A stretch of 64,000 bases of DNA from an uncultured Eubacteriales bacterium (GCA_964408605.1 CAYPAB010000001.1:7491-71490); one strand, 5' to 3'. Positions 28,795-39,483 are shown, counted from the first letter of the stretch. Program-made: numbers and translations. Notes: generated by a model from the letters alone, not told the origin.

Positions 28795-30219
28795 ATGGGC
28801 GGTTTTTTTGGAGTAGCATCAAAAAACGATGCTGTGCTTGATACCTTTTTCGGTGTCGATTATCATTCGCATTTGGGCACTCGCCGTGCGGGTATGGCGG
28901 CTTTCGATACCGAACTCGGTATGCAGAGGAAAATTCATAAAATAGAAAATTCGCCGTTTAGAACGAAGTTCGAAAGAATCCTCGATGAAATGGAGGGCAA
29001 ATCCGCCATCGGATGTATAAGCGATGCGGACGCTCAACCGTTGCTTATCCGTTCTAATCACGGTCTTTACGCTATATGTACAATAGGAATAATCAATAAC
29101 GCCGATGCGCTTGTCAATCAGTATCTGTCATTCAGCGGCGGTCACTTCGGTGCGATGACAACAACCGGCATAAATGCCACGGAACTTGTCGCCGCAATGA
29201 TCGACCAAAAAAGCAGTTTCGAAGAAGGCATCGCATTTGCGCAAAAGGTTATCGACGGAACGTGTTCGATTCTTATTCTTAAAGATGACGGCAAACTTAT
29301 CGCCGCAAGGGATAAGGTCGGCAGAATCCCCGTTCTTTTGGGAAAACGTGACGACGGCTATTGCGTGTCTTTTGAAGATTTTGCCTATAAAAAATTGGGC
29401 TATGACGATTACAAAGAGTTGGGCCCCGGCGAAATTGCGGAGATTTCCGCCGACGGCGTACATTCTTTGGCACCTGCCGGCAAAAAGAAAAAAATATGTG
29501 CGTTCCTTTGGTCTTATTACGGTTACCCCACGTCGTGTTACGAGGGTGTGAACGTTGAAGCAATGCGCTACAAAAACGGTCAGATAATGGCACAGGCGGA
29601 TAAGGATTCGGGTGTCGCACAGGATATAGACTATGTCAGCGGAGTACCGGATTCCGGCACTCCTCACGCCATAGGTTACGCAAACGAAAGTTCCATTCCT
29701 TTTGCAAGGCCGTTTATTAAATACACACCTACGTGGCCTCGCAGTTTTATGCCGTCAAACCAACGTGAACGCAGTCGTGTTGCGAAAATGAAACAAATAC
29801 CCGTTCACGAACTGATAAAGGATAAAAAACTTCTGTTCGTTGATGACAGCATAGTAAGAGGCACACAGTTGCGTGAAACGGTCGAATTCCTTTATGAAAA
29901 CGGTGCAAAAGAGGTTCATATGCGTTCGGCGTGTCCGCCGATAATGTACGGTTGCAAGTACCTTAATTTTTCAAGAGGTACTTCCGATATGGAATTGATT
30001 TCCAGAAGCACGATTATGGAGTTGGAGGGCGAAGAAGGTTTTAAGCATCTTGACGAATACAGCAACGCCTCAACGGAGCGCGGTGCGAAAATGCGTAAAG
30101 CGATTTGCGAAAAACTTCACTTTGCATCTCTTGAATTTCAATCGCTTGAAGGGATTGTTAAGGCAATCGGTCTTCCGGAGGAAGAACTTTGCACATACTG
30201 TTGGAACGGAAAAGGTTGA
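28795..30219 (+). CDS. purF: Amidophosphoribosyltransferase-like protein lacking the N-terminal Cys nucleophile
   Basis: AGAGGTG RBS. The N-terminus MGGFFGV aligns to the (M)CGVFGI of canonical PurF. PRPP motif LLFVDDSIVRGTQ. Fe-S ligand positions are conserved (ICAF..., ACPPIMYGCKY, CTYCWNGK). Confidence 0.8.
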   Translation: MGGFFGVASKNDAVLDTFFGVDYHSHLGTRRAGMAAFDTELGMQRKIHKIENSPFRTKFERILDEMEGKSAIGCISDADAQPLLIRSNHGLYAICTIGIINNADALVNQYLSFSGGHFGAMTTTGINATELVAAMIDQKSSFEEGIAFAQKVIDGTCSILILKDDGKLIAARDKVGRIPVLLGKRDDGYCVSFEDFAYKKLGYDDYKELGPGEIAEISADGVHSLAPAGKKKKICAFLWSYYGYPTSCYEGVNVEAMRYKNGQIMAQADKDSGVAQDIDYVSGVPDSGTPHAIGYANESSIPFARPFIKYTPTWPRSFMPSNQRERSRVAKMKQIPVHELIKDKKLLFVDDSIVRGTQLRETVEFLYENGAKEVHMRSACPPIMYGCKYLNFSRGTSDMELISRSTIMELEGEEGFKHLDEYSNASTERGAKMRKAICEKLHFASLEFQSLEGIVKAIGLPEEELCTYCWNGKG

Positions 30220-30269
30220 TTTACCGACTGACTGATTTTTAAAAAATAAACTTTAGGGAGTAATTTACA

Positions 30270-31307
30270 ATGAATAATTCACGGTCTGAAAGTTACGCTG
30301 CCGCTGGTGTCGATATAACGGCCGGTTACAAAGCGGTCGAACTTATGAAAAAATATGTTGCGAGAACCGTCACCGAAGGTGTTTGTTCCGATGTCGGCGG
30401 TTTCGGAGGTCTTTTCGAACTGCCCGAAGGACTTAAAAAGCCCGTGCTTGTAAGCGGTACCGACGGTGTCGGCACAAAACTTAAATTGGCTTTTATTATG
30501 GATAAACACGACACAGTCGGTATCGACTGCGTTGCGATGTGTGTGAACGATGTTATTTGTTCCGGTGCAAAACCGCTTTTCTTCCTTGACTATATCGCCT
30601 GCGGTAAAAACGTTCCCGAACGCATTGCCGACATCGTTAAAGGTGTAAGCGAAGGATGTGTTCAGTCCGGCTCTGCTCTTATAGGCGGTGAAACAGCCGA
30701 AATGCCCGGCTTCTATCCCGTCAACGAGTATGACCTTGCGGGATTTTCCGTCGGTGTGGTCGATAAGGAAAAAATACTCGACAATAAAAAAATGCAAGCG
30801 GGCGACACGGTTATCGCACTTGCTTCAAGCGGTGTTCATTCAAACGGTTTTTCGCTTGTAAGAAAAGTTTTCGATGTTGAAAACGCCGATATCAAAACGC
30901 CTCTTGAAAAATTGGGCGGTAAATCCGTCGGCGAAACACTTCTTACCCCCACAAAGATTTATGTTAAATCAATACTCGCACTTCTTGAAAAAGTTGATGT
31001 CAGAGCGATTTCGCACATAACGGGCGGTGGCTTTTACGAAAATATTCCGAGAAGCATTCCCGACGGCTTCGGTGCGAAAATCCGAAAAGACAGCGTTAAG
31101 GTGCTTCCCATTTTCGAACTTATCGCCGAGGTCGGCAATATTCCCGAAAGAGATATGTTCAACACATTCAATATGGGCGTCGGTATGAGTGTTGTCGTTC
31201 CCGCGGAACAAACGGAAAAAGCACTTGAAATTCTCAAAGCGAACGGCGAAGACGCATACATAATCGGTGAAATCGTCGAATCCGACGAAAAAATCATTCT
31301 TGAATAA
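30270..31307 (+). CDS. purM: Phosphoribosylformylglycinamidine cyclo-ligase (AIR synthetase)
   Basis: [30 protein letters not shown]. Confidence 0.95.
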   Translation: MNNSRSESYAAAGVDITAGYKAVELMKKYVARTVTEGVCSDVGGFGGLFELPEGLKKPVLVSGTDGVGTKLKLAFIMDKHDTVGIDCVAMCVNDVICSGAKPLFFLDYIACGKNVPERIADIVKGVSEGCVQSGSALIGGETAEMPGFYPVNEYDLAGFSVGVVDKEKILDNKKMQAGDTVIALASSGVHSNGFSLVRKVFDVENADIKTPLEKLGGKSVGETLLTPTKIYVKSILALLEKVDVRAISHITGGGFYENIPRSIPDGFGAKIRKDSVKVLPIFELIAEVGNIPERDMFNTFNMGVGMSVVVPAEQTEKALEILKANGEDAYIIGEIVESDEKIILE

Positions 31308-31324
31308 TAAACGGAGTGAATAAA

Positions 31325-31957
31325 ATGTCCTCTAAAAATATTGTTGTCCTCGTTTCGGGCGGCGGCACGAATTTGCAGGCGTTGATCGATGCACAAAAAT
31401 GCGGTGAGTTGGGCAACGGCAAAATAACTTGCGTAATTTCCTCAAAAGAAGATGCCTACGCACTTAAACGTGCCGAAGAAAACGCAATCAAAACACGTGT
31501 TCTCATAAGAAAAAATTATCCCGATATCGCTTCGTACAGCAAAGCGATGCGTGATGCTCTTTTATCGGAAAATGCCGATTTGGTGGTTTATGCGGGCTTT
31601 ATGACGATTTTAGATGAAAATGTCTGCAATGCGTTTGAAAACAAAATGATAAATGTTCATCCCGCACTTATACCGTCGTTTTGCGGAAAAGGTTTTTACG
31701 GCTTGCACGTTCACGAAAGTGCTCTTGAAAAAGGCGTCAAGGTTTCGGGTGCAACGGTTCACTTCGTGACGGCGGAATGCGATGCCGGACCGATTATTCT
31801 TCAAAAAGCGGTCGAGGTCAAAGAGGGCGACACACCCGAAAGTTTACAGAAAAGAATTATGGAACAAGCCGAATGGAAAATTCTTCCGAAAGCGGTTCAA
31901 CTTTTCTGCGACGGTAAAATTGCCGTGAAAGACGGCAGAACGGTTATAAGCGAATAA
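31325..31957 (+). CDS. purN: Phosphoribosylglycinamide formyltransferase
   Basis: VVLVSGGGTNLQALID, NVHPALIPSFCG, SGATVHFV. The ATG at 31325 is preceded by a GGAG RBS; the ORF track starts at the GTG at 31316. Confidence 0.92.
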   Translation: MSSKNIVVLVSGGGTNLQALIDAQKCGELGNGKITCVISSKEDAYALKRAEENAIKTRVLIRKNYPDIASYSKAMRDALLSENADLVVYAGFMTILDENVCNAFENKMINVHPALIPSFCGKGFYGLHVHESALEKGVKVSGATVHFVTAECDAGPIILQKAVEVKEGDTPESLQKRIMEQAEWKILPKAVQLFCDGKIAVKDGRTVISE

Positions 31958-31980
31958 TTCAATTGAAAGGAATAAAGCGT

Positions 31981-32697
31981 ATGGAAATCAAAACTATCGA
32001 AAACGAACTCAATTCACTTGCTTATCACGGCAGGGGAATCATCATCGGAAAAAGTTGTGATTCAAAAAAGGCTGTTGCCGCCTATTTTATAATGGGCAGA
32101 AGTGAAAACAGCCGTAACCGTGTGTTTGTTGAAGACGGCGACGGCATAAGAACGCAGGCGTTTGACGAATCTAAAATGGTCGATCCGCATCTTATTATTT
32201 ACGCACCCGTGAGAGTGCTCGGTAACAAAACGATCGTCACAAACGGCGATCAAACAGATACCGTTTACGATTTGATGGATAAACAAATGACTTTCGAGCA
32301 GGCACTCCGCACCCGTGAGTTTGAAGACGATGCCCCAAATTTCACGCCTCGCATATCGGGAATAATTCATATTGATAACGGCGATATGAATTATGCAATG
32401 TCAATTCTCAAATCGGCGGAGGGCGACGGTTCTTCGTGCCAGAGATACACATACGCCTACTCCAATCCGATTTCGGGAAAAGCAAAATTTATTCACACCT
32501 ATAAATGCGACGGCAATCCGCTTCCGAGTTTTGAAGGCGAACCGAAAACTTTGGAACTTCCGGATGTCGATATAGATACTTTGACAGATATTATTTGGAA
32601 TAACCTTAACGAAGACAATAAGGTTTCTCTTTTTGTAAGATATATCGATCTCGAAACAGGCGAGTGCGATTCGAGAATTGTTAATAAAAATAAGTAA
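31981..32697 (+). CDS. PurO-type (archaeal-like) IMP cyclohydrolase
   Basis: 238 aa. YHGRGIIIGKS...AAYFIMGRSENSRNR is typical of the IMP_cyclohyd (PurO) family as I recall it. It sits between purN and the AICARFT gene. Confidence 0.7.
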   Translation: MEIKTIENELNSLAYHGRGIIIGKSCDSKKAVAAYFIMGRSENSRNRVFVEDGDGIRTQAFDESKMVDPHLIIYAPVRVLGNKTIVTNGDQTDTVYDLMDKQMTFEQALRTREFEDDAPNFTPRISGIIHIDNGDMNYAMSILKSAEGDGSSCQRYTYAYSNPISGKAKFIHTYKCDGNPLPSFEGEPKTLELPDVDIDTLTDIIWNNLNEDNKVSLFVRYIDLETGECDSRIVNKNK

Positions 32698-32710
32698 GGA
32701 GCAGATGGGC

Positions 32711-33895
32711 ATGAAAGAATTTGAACTGAAATACGGCTGTAACCCTAACCAAAAGCCGGCAAAGATATTTATGGCAGACGGAAGTGAACTCCCTATCGAA
32801 ATCCTCTGCGGAAGACCCGGTTACATCAATTTTTTGGATGCGTTTAACAGTTGGCAACTTGTGAAAGAACTTAAAGAAGCGCTCGGTCTTCCCGCCGTTA
32901 CTTCTTTTAAACATGTCAGCCCCACATCGGCGGCGGTAGGCATTCCGCTTTCCGAAAAACTCAAAAAAGCGTGTTTTGTTGATGACATCGAAGGTCTTGA
33001 CGACTCACCGCTTTCCTGTGCTTACGCAAGGGCGAGAGGTACCGACAGAATGTGCTCTTTCGGTGATTGGGTCGCACTTTCCGATGTTTGCGACGTTACA
33101 ACCGCAAAGTTGATTCAGCGTGAAGTTTCCGACGGTATCATAGCCCCCGGTTATGAACCCGAAGCACTTGAAATTCTCAAATCAAAAAGAAAAGGTAACT
33201 ACAATATCGTAAAGATCGACCCCGATTATGTTCCCGCACCGGTTGAACATAAGCAAGTTTACGGTATCACTTTCGAACAGGGCAGAAACAATTTCGAAAT
33301 CAACCGTGAACTTCTCGAAAATATCGTTACCGTCAACAAGGATATGCCCGAAAGTGCCGTTCGTGACCTTATAATCTCGCTTATTACACTTAAATATACA
33401 CAGTCAAACTCGGTTTGCTATGCGGTCGACGGTCAGGCTATCGGTGTCGGAGCGGGTCAGCAATCGAGAATCCATTGCACACGTCTTGCGGGCACAAAAG
33501 CGGATACTTGGTTCTTGCGTCAGCACGAAAAAGTACTCAATCTTCCTTTTAAAGATTCGTTGCGCAGACCCGACCGTGATAATGTTATTGACGGTTATAT
33601 TAACAAAAACGAGGAAGATGTTTGTGCCGACGGCAATTGGCAGAAATATTTTACGGAGCAACCCGAACCCCTCACCGAAGAAGATGTTAAATCGTATTTT
33701 GAAACAATCGACGGCGTTTGCCTCGGTTCCGATGCATTCTTCCCGTTCAGCGACAATATCGAGCGTGCAAAACGCAGCGGTGTAAAATATATTGCCGAAC
33801 CCGGCGGTTCCATAAGAGATGACGCCGTTATCGAATGTTGCGACAAATACGGCATTACCATGGCATTTACCGGTATGCGCTTATTCCATCATTGA
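32711..33895 (+). CDS. purH: AICAR formyltransferase (PurH C-terminal-domain-only form)
   Basis: AAGGAG RBS lies 9 nt upstream. LKYGCNPNQ, SFKHVSP, GVGAGQQSR, and GSDAFFPF...GGSIRD motifs of the AICARFT domain. There is no MGS-like cyclohydrolase domain. Confidence 0.85.
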   Translation: MKEFELKYGCNPNQKPAKIFMADGSELPIEILCGRPGYINFLDAFNSWQLVKELKEALGLPAVTSFKHVSPTSAAVGIPLSEKLKKACFVDDIEGLDDSPLSCAYARARGTDRMCSFGDWVALSDVCDVTTAKLIQREVSDGIIAPGYEPEALEILKSKRKGNYNIVKIDPDYVPAPVEHKQVYGITFEQGRNNFEINRELLENIVTVNKDMPESAVRDLIISLITLKYTQSNSVCYAVDGQAIGVGAGQQSRIHCTRLAGTKADTWFLRQHEKVLNLPFKDSLRRPDRDNVIDGYINKNEEDVCADGNWQKYFTEQPEPLTEEDVKSYFETIDGVCLGSDAFFPFSDNIERAKRSGVKYIAEPGGSIRDDAVIECCDKYGITMAFTGMRLFHH

Positions 33896-33908
33896 CAGAG
33901 GTAGCGTA

Positions 33909-35177
33909 ATGAAAATATTAGTTGTAGGTGGCGGCGGACGTGAACACGCCATCATAAAAAAAATAAAAGAGAATAAAAACGTCACCGAAATATTCGCACT
34001 TCCCGGAAACGGCGGTATCGAAAAAGATGCCGTTTGTGTCGGCATCGGTGCTAAAGATATCGAAAAAATCGTTGAATTTGCGGTCGAAAACAAAATCGAT
34101 TACGCTGTTGTGGCACCCGATGACCCGCTTGTTCTCGGTTGTGTTGATGCACTTGAAGAAAAAGGTATTCCCTGCTTCGGGCCGAAAGCGAACGCCGCAA
34201 TTATCGAAGGCAGTAAGGTTTTCTCTAAAAACCTTATGAAAAAATACGGTATTCCCACCGCCGCTTACGAAGTGTTCAACGATATGGAAAAAGCACTTGA
34301 GTATCTTGAAACGGCGCCTATTCCGACAGTTATTAAGGCAGACGGGCTTGCTCTCGGCAAAGGCGTTATCATTGCGGAACAGCGTGAACAGGCAAAACAA
34401 GCTGTTGTTTCCATGATGCAGGATAAAATGTTCGGCAAAAGCGGTGACAATATCGTTATCGAAGAATTTTTGACAGGCCCCGAAGTTTCGGTTCTTGCGT
34501 TTACCGACGGTAAAACGGTTGTGCCGATGGTTTCGTCGATGGATCACAAGCGTGTGGGCGATAACGATACAGGTCTTAATACCGGCGGTATGGGAACTGT
34601 TGCACCCAACCCCTATTACACAAAAGAAATTGCCGCAGAATGTATGGAAAAGATTTTTGTCCCGACAATCGAAGCGATGAATAAAGAGGGCAGAACGTTT
34701 AAAGGATGCCTTTATTTCGGGCTTATGATTACCCCCGACGGGCCGAAAGTCATTGAATACAATTGCCGTTTCGGTGATCCGGAAACGCAGGTTGTTCTTC
34801 CGCTTCTCGAAAGCGATTTGCTTACGGTTATGACGGCGGTTACAAACGGTACTCTTTCCGAAACGGAAGTGAAATTTGTCGATAAAAGTGCATGCTGTGT
34901 AATTATGGCATCAAAAGGCTATCCGACTAAATACGAAAAAGGTTTTGAAATCACCGTTCCGAAAGATGTCGAACCCAACGTATATGTTGCCGGTGCGGAA
35001 CTTAAAGACGGCAAACTCCTTACAAACGGCGGCAGAGTTTTAGGTGTGACCGCTGTGGAGGATGACTTGAAAAAAGCGGTTGATTCCGCTTATGCTCTTG
35101 TTGAAAAAATCAGTTTCGGCAACGCATTCTGCCGTCACGATATCGGCGCAAAAGCACTTGCGGTTATGGAGGAATAA
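33909..35177 (+). CDS. purD: Phosphoribosylamine--glycine ligase
   Basis: MKILVVGGGGREHAI, ATP-grasp KADGLALGKGV, EYNCRFGDPE. Confidence 0.95.
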   Translation: MKILVVGGGGREHAIIKKIKENKNVTEIFALPGNGGIEKDAVCVGIGAKDIEKIVEFAVENKIDYAVVAPDDPLVLGCVDALEEKGIPCFGPKANAAIIEGSKVFSKNLMKKYGIPTAAYEVFNDMEKALEYLETAPIPTVIKADGLALGKGVIIAEQREQAKQAVVSMMQDKMFGKSGDNIVIEEFLTGPEVSVLAFTDGKTVVPMVSSMDHKRVGDNDTGLNTGGMGTVAPNPYYTKEIAAECMEKIFVPTIEAMNKEGRTFKGCLYFGLMITPDGPKVIEYNCRFGDPETQVVLPLLESDLLTVMTAVTNGTLSETEVKFVDKSACCVIMASKGYPTKYEKGFEITVPKDVEPNVYVAGAELKDGKLLTNGGRVLGVTAVEDDLKKAVDSAYALVEKISFGNAFCRHDIGAKALAVMEE

Positions 35178-35182
35178 TAACT

Positions 35183-38100
35183 ATGGTATACAGAGTTTAT
35201 GTTGAAAAGAAAAAAGAACTCGCCCACGAAGCGAAAGCGCTTTACGGCGATGCCCGTTCGCTTTTGGGCATTGAAGGTCTTACGGATGTCCGTGTTATCA
35301 ACCGTTACGATGCGGAAAATATCACGGAAGAACTGTTCAACAATGCAATAAAAACGGTTTTTTCAGAACCGCAATCGGATATTGCGACTTCAAAAGTCGA
35401 TTTAGACGGTGCAACGGTGTTTGCCGTTGAATATTTGCCCGGTCAGTTTGACCAACGTGCCGATTCTGCGGCACAGTGCATCCAAATTATATCTCGCGGT
35501 GAAAGACCGACCGTAAAAAGTGCGAAAGTTTACGCTCTTTACGGCAATCTTTCCGAAAGCGATATAGAACAAATCAAAAAATACGTTATCAACCCCGTTG
35601 AAGCGAGAGAGGCGACGCTTGAAGAATACGATACTCTCGCAATGAAATACGAAATTCCCACCGAGGTTAAAACTCTTGAAGGCTTTACGCAACTTGACAG
35701 AGCGGGTCTTGAAAATTTCGTGAAAGAGTACGGACTTGCCATGGATACCGACGATATATCATTCTGTCAGGATTATTTTAAATCGGAACACCGTGACCCC
35801 ACAATTACCGAAATCCGTATGATTGATACATATTGGTCGGATCATTGCCGTCATACGACGTTCTTAACCGTTATCGACAATGTTGAATTTGAAGATGAAC
35901 TTCTTCAAAAAACTTATGAAGAATATCTTGAAGTACGCCGTGAACTCGGCAGAACAAAACCCATTTGCCTTATGGATCTCGCCACCGTCGCGGTCAAATA
36001 TTTAAAAGCAAACGGAAAACTCGATAAATTGGATGAGTCCGAAGAAATCAACGCCTGTACCGTCAAAATCAATGTTGACGTTGACGGAGTAAGCGAACCG
36101 TGGCTTCTTCTTTTCAAGAACGAAACGCATAACCACCCCACGGAAATAGAGCCTTTCGGCGGTGCCGCAACTTGCATAGGCGGTGCAATACGTGACCCTC
36201 TTTCGGGACGTGCTTATGTTTACGGTGCAATGCGTGTTACGGGTGCGGCGGATCCGTTAAAGCCTGTCGGCGAAACGATAAAAGGCAAACTCCCTCAAAG
36301 AAAAATCGTTACTACCGCAGCGGCGGGTTATTCTTCATACGGCAACCAAATCGGTCTTGCCACGGGTATTGTCGATGAAATTTATCATCCCGGCTATGCC
36401 GCAAAACGTATGGAAATAGGTGCGGTTGTCGCCGCAACTCCTCAAGACCATGTTCGCCGTGAATGTCCCGACCCCGGTGATATTGTTATTCTTCTCGGCG
36501 GTTCAACGGGTCGTGACGGTTGCGGTGGTGCAACGGGTTCCTCAAAATCTCACACGGCAACTTCACTTGAAACTTGCGGTGCGGAGGTTCAAAAGGGTAA
36601 CGCACCCGAAGAAAGAAAACTTCAAAGGCTGTTCAGAAATAAAGAAGCAACTCTTATGATAAAGCGTTGCAACGATTTCGGTGCGGGCGGTGTGTCTGTT
36701 GCAATCGGCGAACTTGCCGACGGGCTTGAAATCGACTTGAATGCCGTTCCCAAAAAATACGAAGGTCTTGACGGTACCGAACTTGCCATTTCCGAATCGC
36801 AGGAGAGAATGGCTGTAGTTGTCGAAAAAGAAAATGTCGAAAAATTCCTCGAACTTGCCGCAACCGAAAATCTTCAGGCTTGCCCCGTTGCGAAAGTGAC
36901 GGAAAGCCCCAGACTTGTTATGCATTGGAACGGCAAAGTCATTTGCGATATTTCAAGGGAATTTCTTAATTCGAACGGTGCCGACAAACACGTTGATGTT
37001 GTAACATCGAAACCGCAAAACTACGATAAAAAAGTAAACGGCGGTTTTGTTGAAAATATGAAGAAAACGGCAGATGACCTCAATATCTGTTCAAAACGTG
37101 GGCTTTCGGAACGTTTCGATTCAACTATCGGTGCGGGTACGGTGCTTATGCCGTTCGGCGGTAAGAATCAGTTGACTCCCATACAGGCAATGGTTCAAAA
37201 AATATCGGTCGAAAAGAAACATACCGAGACTTGTTCGCTTATGTCTTGGGGTTACAATCCCTTTATCACCGAAAAAAGCCCCTATCACGGTGCTTATCTC
37301 GCCGTTGTTGAGTCTATATGTAAACTTATCGCAACGGGTGCGAAATTCGAAGACGTTTATCTTACATTCCAAGAGTATTTTGAACGTGTAAACAAAGAAC
37401 CCAAACGCTGGGGCAAACCTCTTGCGGCTCTTTTGGGTGCTTTCAAGGCACAAAAAGAATTCGGTGTCGGTTCAATCGGCGGTAAAGACTCCATGAGCGG
37501 TACTTTTGAAGATATCGATGTACCTCCCACACTTGTTTCTTTTGCGGTGACAACCGAAAAAGTGAAAAATATCGTTTCGCCCGAATTTAAAAAGGCGGGT
37601 AACAAAGTTTTCATCATCAAATCCGAACTTGACGAAAACGGCTTGCCGATTACAGAGTCACTGTTGGAAGTTTTCGGTAAAGTTTGTACACTCCTTCGTG
37701 AGGGTAAGGCGGTTTCGTGCTATACTCCCGGCGTGGGCGGTATTGCCGAAGCGGTTATGAAAATGGCGTTCGGTAACGGTCTGGGATTCGATTTTTCAAA
37801 TAACCTTACCGTAGACGGCATTTTCGGATATAATTACGCATCGTTTATTTTGGAAACAAACGCTGATATAGATGCCGAATTTATCGGTACCGTTACCGAG
37901 TCTCCTGTTTTCACTTTCAAGGGTGAAAGTCTTGATTTGACCGAAGTTTTGAATATTTACGAAAACAAACTCGAAAGTGTCTACAGTTGCAATATTCCCG
38001 CAACCGATACACCCGTTGAAAACTTCTCGTATAAAGCGGAAACACGCAAAGCACCTGCCATAAAGGTTGCGAAACCCAAAGTTCTTATACCCGCATTCCC

Positions 38101-38869
38101 CGGAACAAACTGTGAATACGACAGTGCAAAGGCTGTTCGAGATGCCGGTGCGGAACCCGAAATTATAGTCATCAAAAACCTCACATCATCGGGCATTGCG
38201 GCGAGCGTTGAAGAATTTTCGAAAAAACTTGCCGATGCTCAAATGGTGTTTATCCCCGGCGGCTTTTCGGGCGGTGACGAACCCGACGGTTCGGGTAAAT
38301 TTATTACCGCATTCTTCCGAAACGGCGCTGTTAAAGAGGGCGTAACCGATCTTCTTGAAAAACGTGACGGTCTTATGTGCGGTATTTGTAACGGCTTCCA
38401 GGCACTTATAAAACTCGGTCTTGTGCCTTACGGCAAAATTATAGATACCGATGAAAATTGCCCGACTCTCACTTACAACACGATCGCACGCCATCAGTCG
38501 AGAATCGTAAGAACACGTATCGCATCAAACAAATCTCCGTGGCTTGCTCTTACCGAGGTCGGCGAAGTTTACAACGTGCCTATTTCACACGGCGAAGGAC
38601 GTTTCCTCGCAAGCGAAGAACTCGTCAGAAAACTTGCCGAAAACGGACAGATCGCAACGCAGTATGTTGACTTCGACAACAACGCCTCCGTTGACGTTCA
38701 TTTCAATCCCAATGACTCCGTTTTTGCGGTTGAAGGAATCACCTCTCCCGACGGCAGAGTGTTCGGTAAAATGGGCCACAGCGAACGTATCGGCAACGGA
38801 CTTTACAAAAACGTTCCCGGCAATTACGATATCCGTATGTTCGAGGCTGCGGTAAAATATTTTAAGTAA
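35183..38869 (+). CDS. purL: Phosphoribosylformylglycinamidine synthase, single-chain (PurS/L/Q fused)
   Basis: 1228 aa. ETHNHPT, GGAIRD, and a C-terminal glutaminase domain with GICNGFQAL and HGEGRF. Confidence 0.95.
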   Translation: MVYRVYVEKKKELAHEAKALYGDARSLLGIEGLTDVRVINRYDAENITEELFNNAIKTVFSEPQSDIATSKVDLDGATVFAVEYLPGQFDQRADSAAQCIQIISRGERPTVKSAKVYALYGNLSESDIEQIKKYVINPVEAREATLEEYDTLAMKYEIPTEVKTLEGFTQLDRAGLENFVKEYGLAMDTDDISFCQDYFKSEHRDPTITEIRMIDTYWSDHCRHTTFLTVIDNVEFEDELLQKTYEEYLEVRRELGRTKPICLMDLATVAVKYLKANGKLDKLDESEEINACTVKINVDVDGVSEPWLLLFKNETHNHPTEIEPFGGAATCIGGAIRDPLSGRAYVYGAMRVTGAADPLKPVGETIKGKLPQRKIVTTAAAGYSSYGNQIGLATGIVDEIYHPGYAAKRMEIGAVVAATPQDHVRRECPDPGDIVILLGGSTGRDGCGGATGSSKSHTATSLETCGAEVQKGNAPEERKLQRLFRNKEATLMIKRCNDFGAGGVSVAIGELADGLEIDLNAVPKKYEGLDGTELAISESQERMAVVVEKENVEKFLELAATENLQACPVAKVTESPRLVMHWNGKVICDISREFLNSNGADKHVDVVTSKPQNYDKKVNGGFVENMKKTADDLNICSKRGLSERFDSTIGAGTVLMPFGGKNQLTPIQAMVQKISVEKKHTETCSLMSWGYNPFITEKSPYHGAYLAVVESICKLIATGAKFEDVYLTFQEYFERVNKEPKRWGKPLAALLGAFKAQKEFGVGSIGGKDSMSGTFEDIDVPPTLVSFAVTTEKVKNIVSPEFKKAGNKVFIIKSELDENGLPITESLLEVFGKVCTLLREGKAVSCYTPGVGGIAEAVMKMAFGNGLGFDFSNNLTVDGIFGYNYASFILETNADIDAEFIGTVTESPVFTFKGESLDLTEVLNIYENKLESVYSCNIPATDTPVENFSYKAETRKAPAIKVAKPKVLIPAFPGTNCEYDSAKAVRDAGAEPEIIVIKNLTSSGIAASVEEFSKKLADAQMVFIPGGFSGGDEPDGSGKFITAFFRNGAVKEGVTDLLEKRDGLMCGICNGFQALIKLGLVPYGKIIDTDENCPTLTYNTIARHQSRIVRTRIASNKSPWLALTEVGEVYNVPISHGEGRFLASEELVRKLAENGQIATQYVDFDNNASVDVHFNPNDSVFAVEGITSPDGRVFGKMGHSERIGNGLYKNVPGNYDIRMFEAAVKYFK

Positions 38870-38893
38870 TAAGATAATATAGTATAAGACAAA

Positions 38894-38907
38894 CAAAAAC
38901 TTCTCGG
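38894..38907. repeat. Left copy of a 14-bp perfect inverted repeat (CAAAAACTTCTCGG)
   Basis: Its reverse complement recurs at 39592-39605. Together the pair brackets the purL-mntP intergenic segment. Confidence 0.6.
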
Positions 38908-38943
38908 CGAAATTCAGGATGAATAAGGTCGTACTTCGGAAAT

Positions 38944-38985
38944 ATGGTGTAACCTCATAAAACGGGGTTACACCATTTGCTTTTT
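38944..38985 (+). terminator. purL terminator
   Basis: ATGGTGTAACC-loop-GGTTACACCAT followed by TTGCTTTTT. Confidence 0.85.
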
Positions 38986-39062
38986 AATGATAGTATCCTA
39001 TTAGCCGTTTTTGAAAAATATTGATATCGGCGAGAATTTTAGGTTCAGCAGAGCTGAAATTT

Positions 39063-39287
39063 TCATATACCAATATTCTTTGTTCCGTTCTTTACCTCCT
39101 TTAGACGCTCTTTTTTAACTGTCATATTCAAATCCCGCATTTTTCTGCCAAATTCATCATCTTCGGCAACAAGTTCGGCAGATAATTGTCTGCGAAGCCG
39201 TGCCGATTTAATTTGTTCGCCCATTGTGGCAAGAATTTTTTCGGTGTTCGGCAAAACTGTTACTGCTTTCTTACACGTACATATCAC
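39063..39287 (-). pseudogene. Possible truncated XRE-type HTH fragment
   Basis: The 74-aa ORF (GTG start) contains MGEQIKSARLRRQLSAELVAE. This resembles helices 1-2 of a Cro/C1 HTH, but the recognition helix is missing and the remainder is unrelated. Confidence 0.3.
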
Positions 39288-39483
39288 CTTTTATAATGTT
39301 TATAATTATAAACTAAACCAACAATTCTGTCGATATATATAAACATTGTTATGCACGATGACCGTGCAACTATTACAAACATTCTTTTAGATAAATAATC
39401 TCTGCATCAACAATTTCAGTTGCTCGGTTACGGATATTGTTCATCTTTTGCACCCGCAACATTTGGTCTGCGGATTTTATTGC

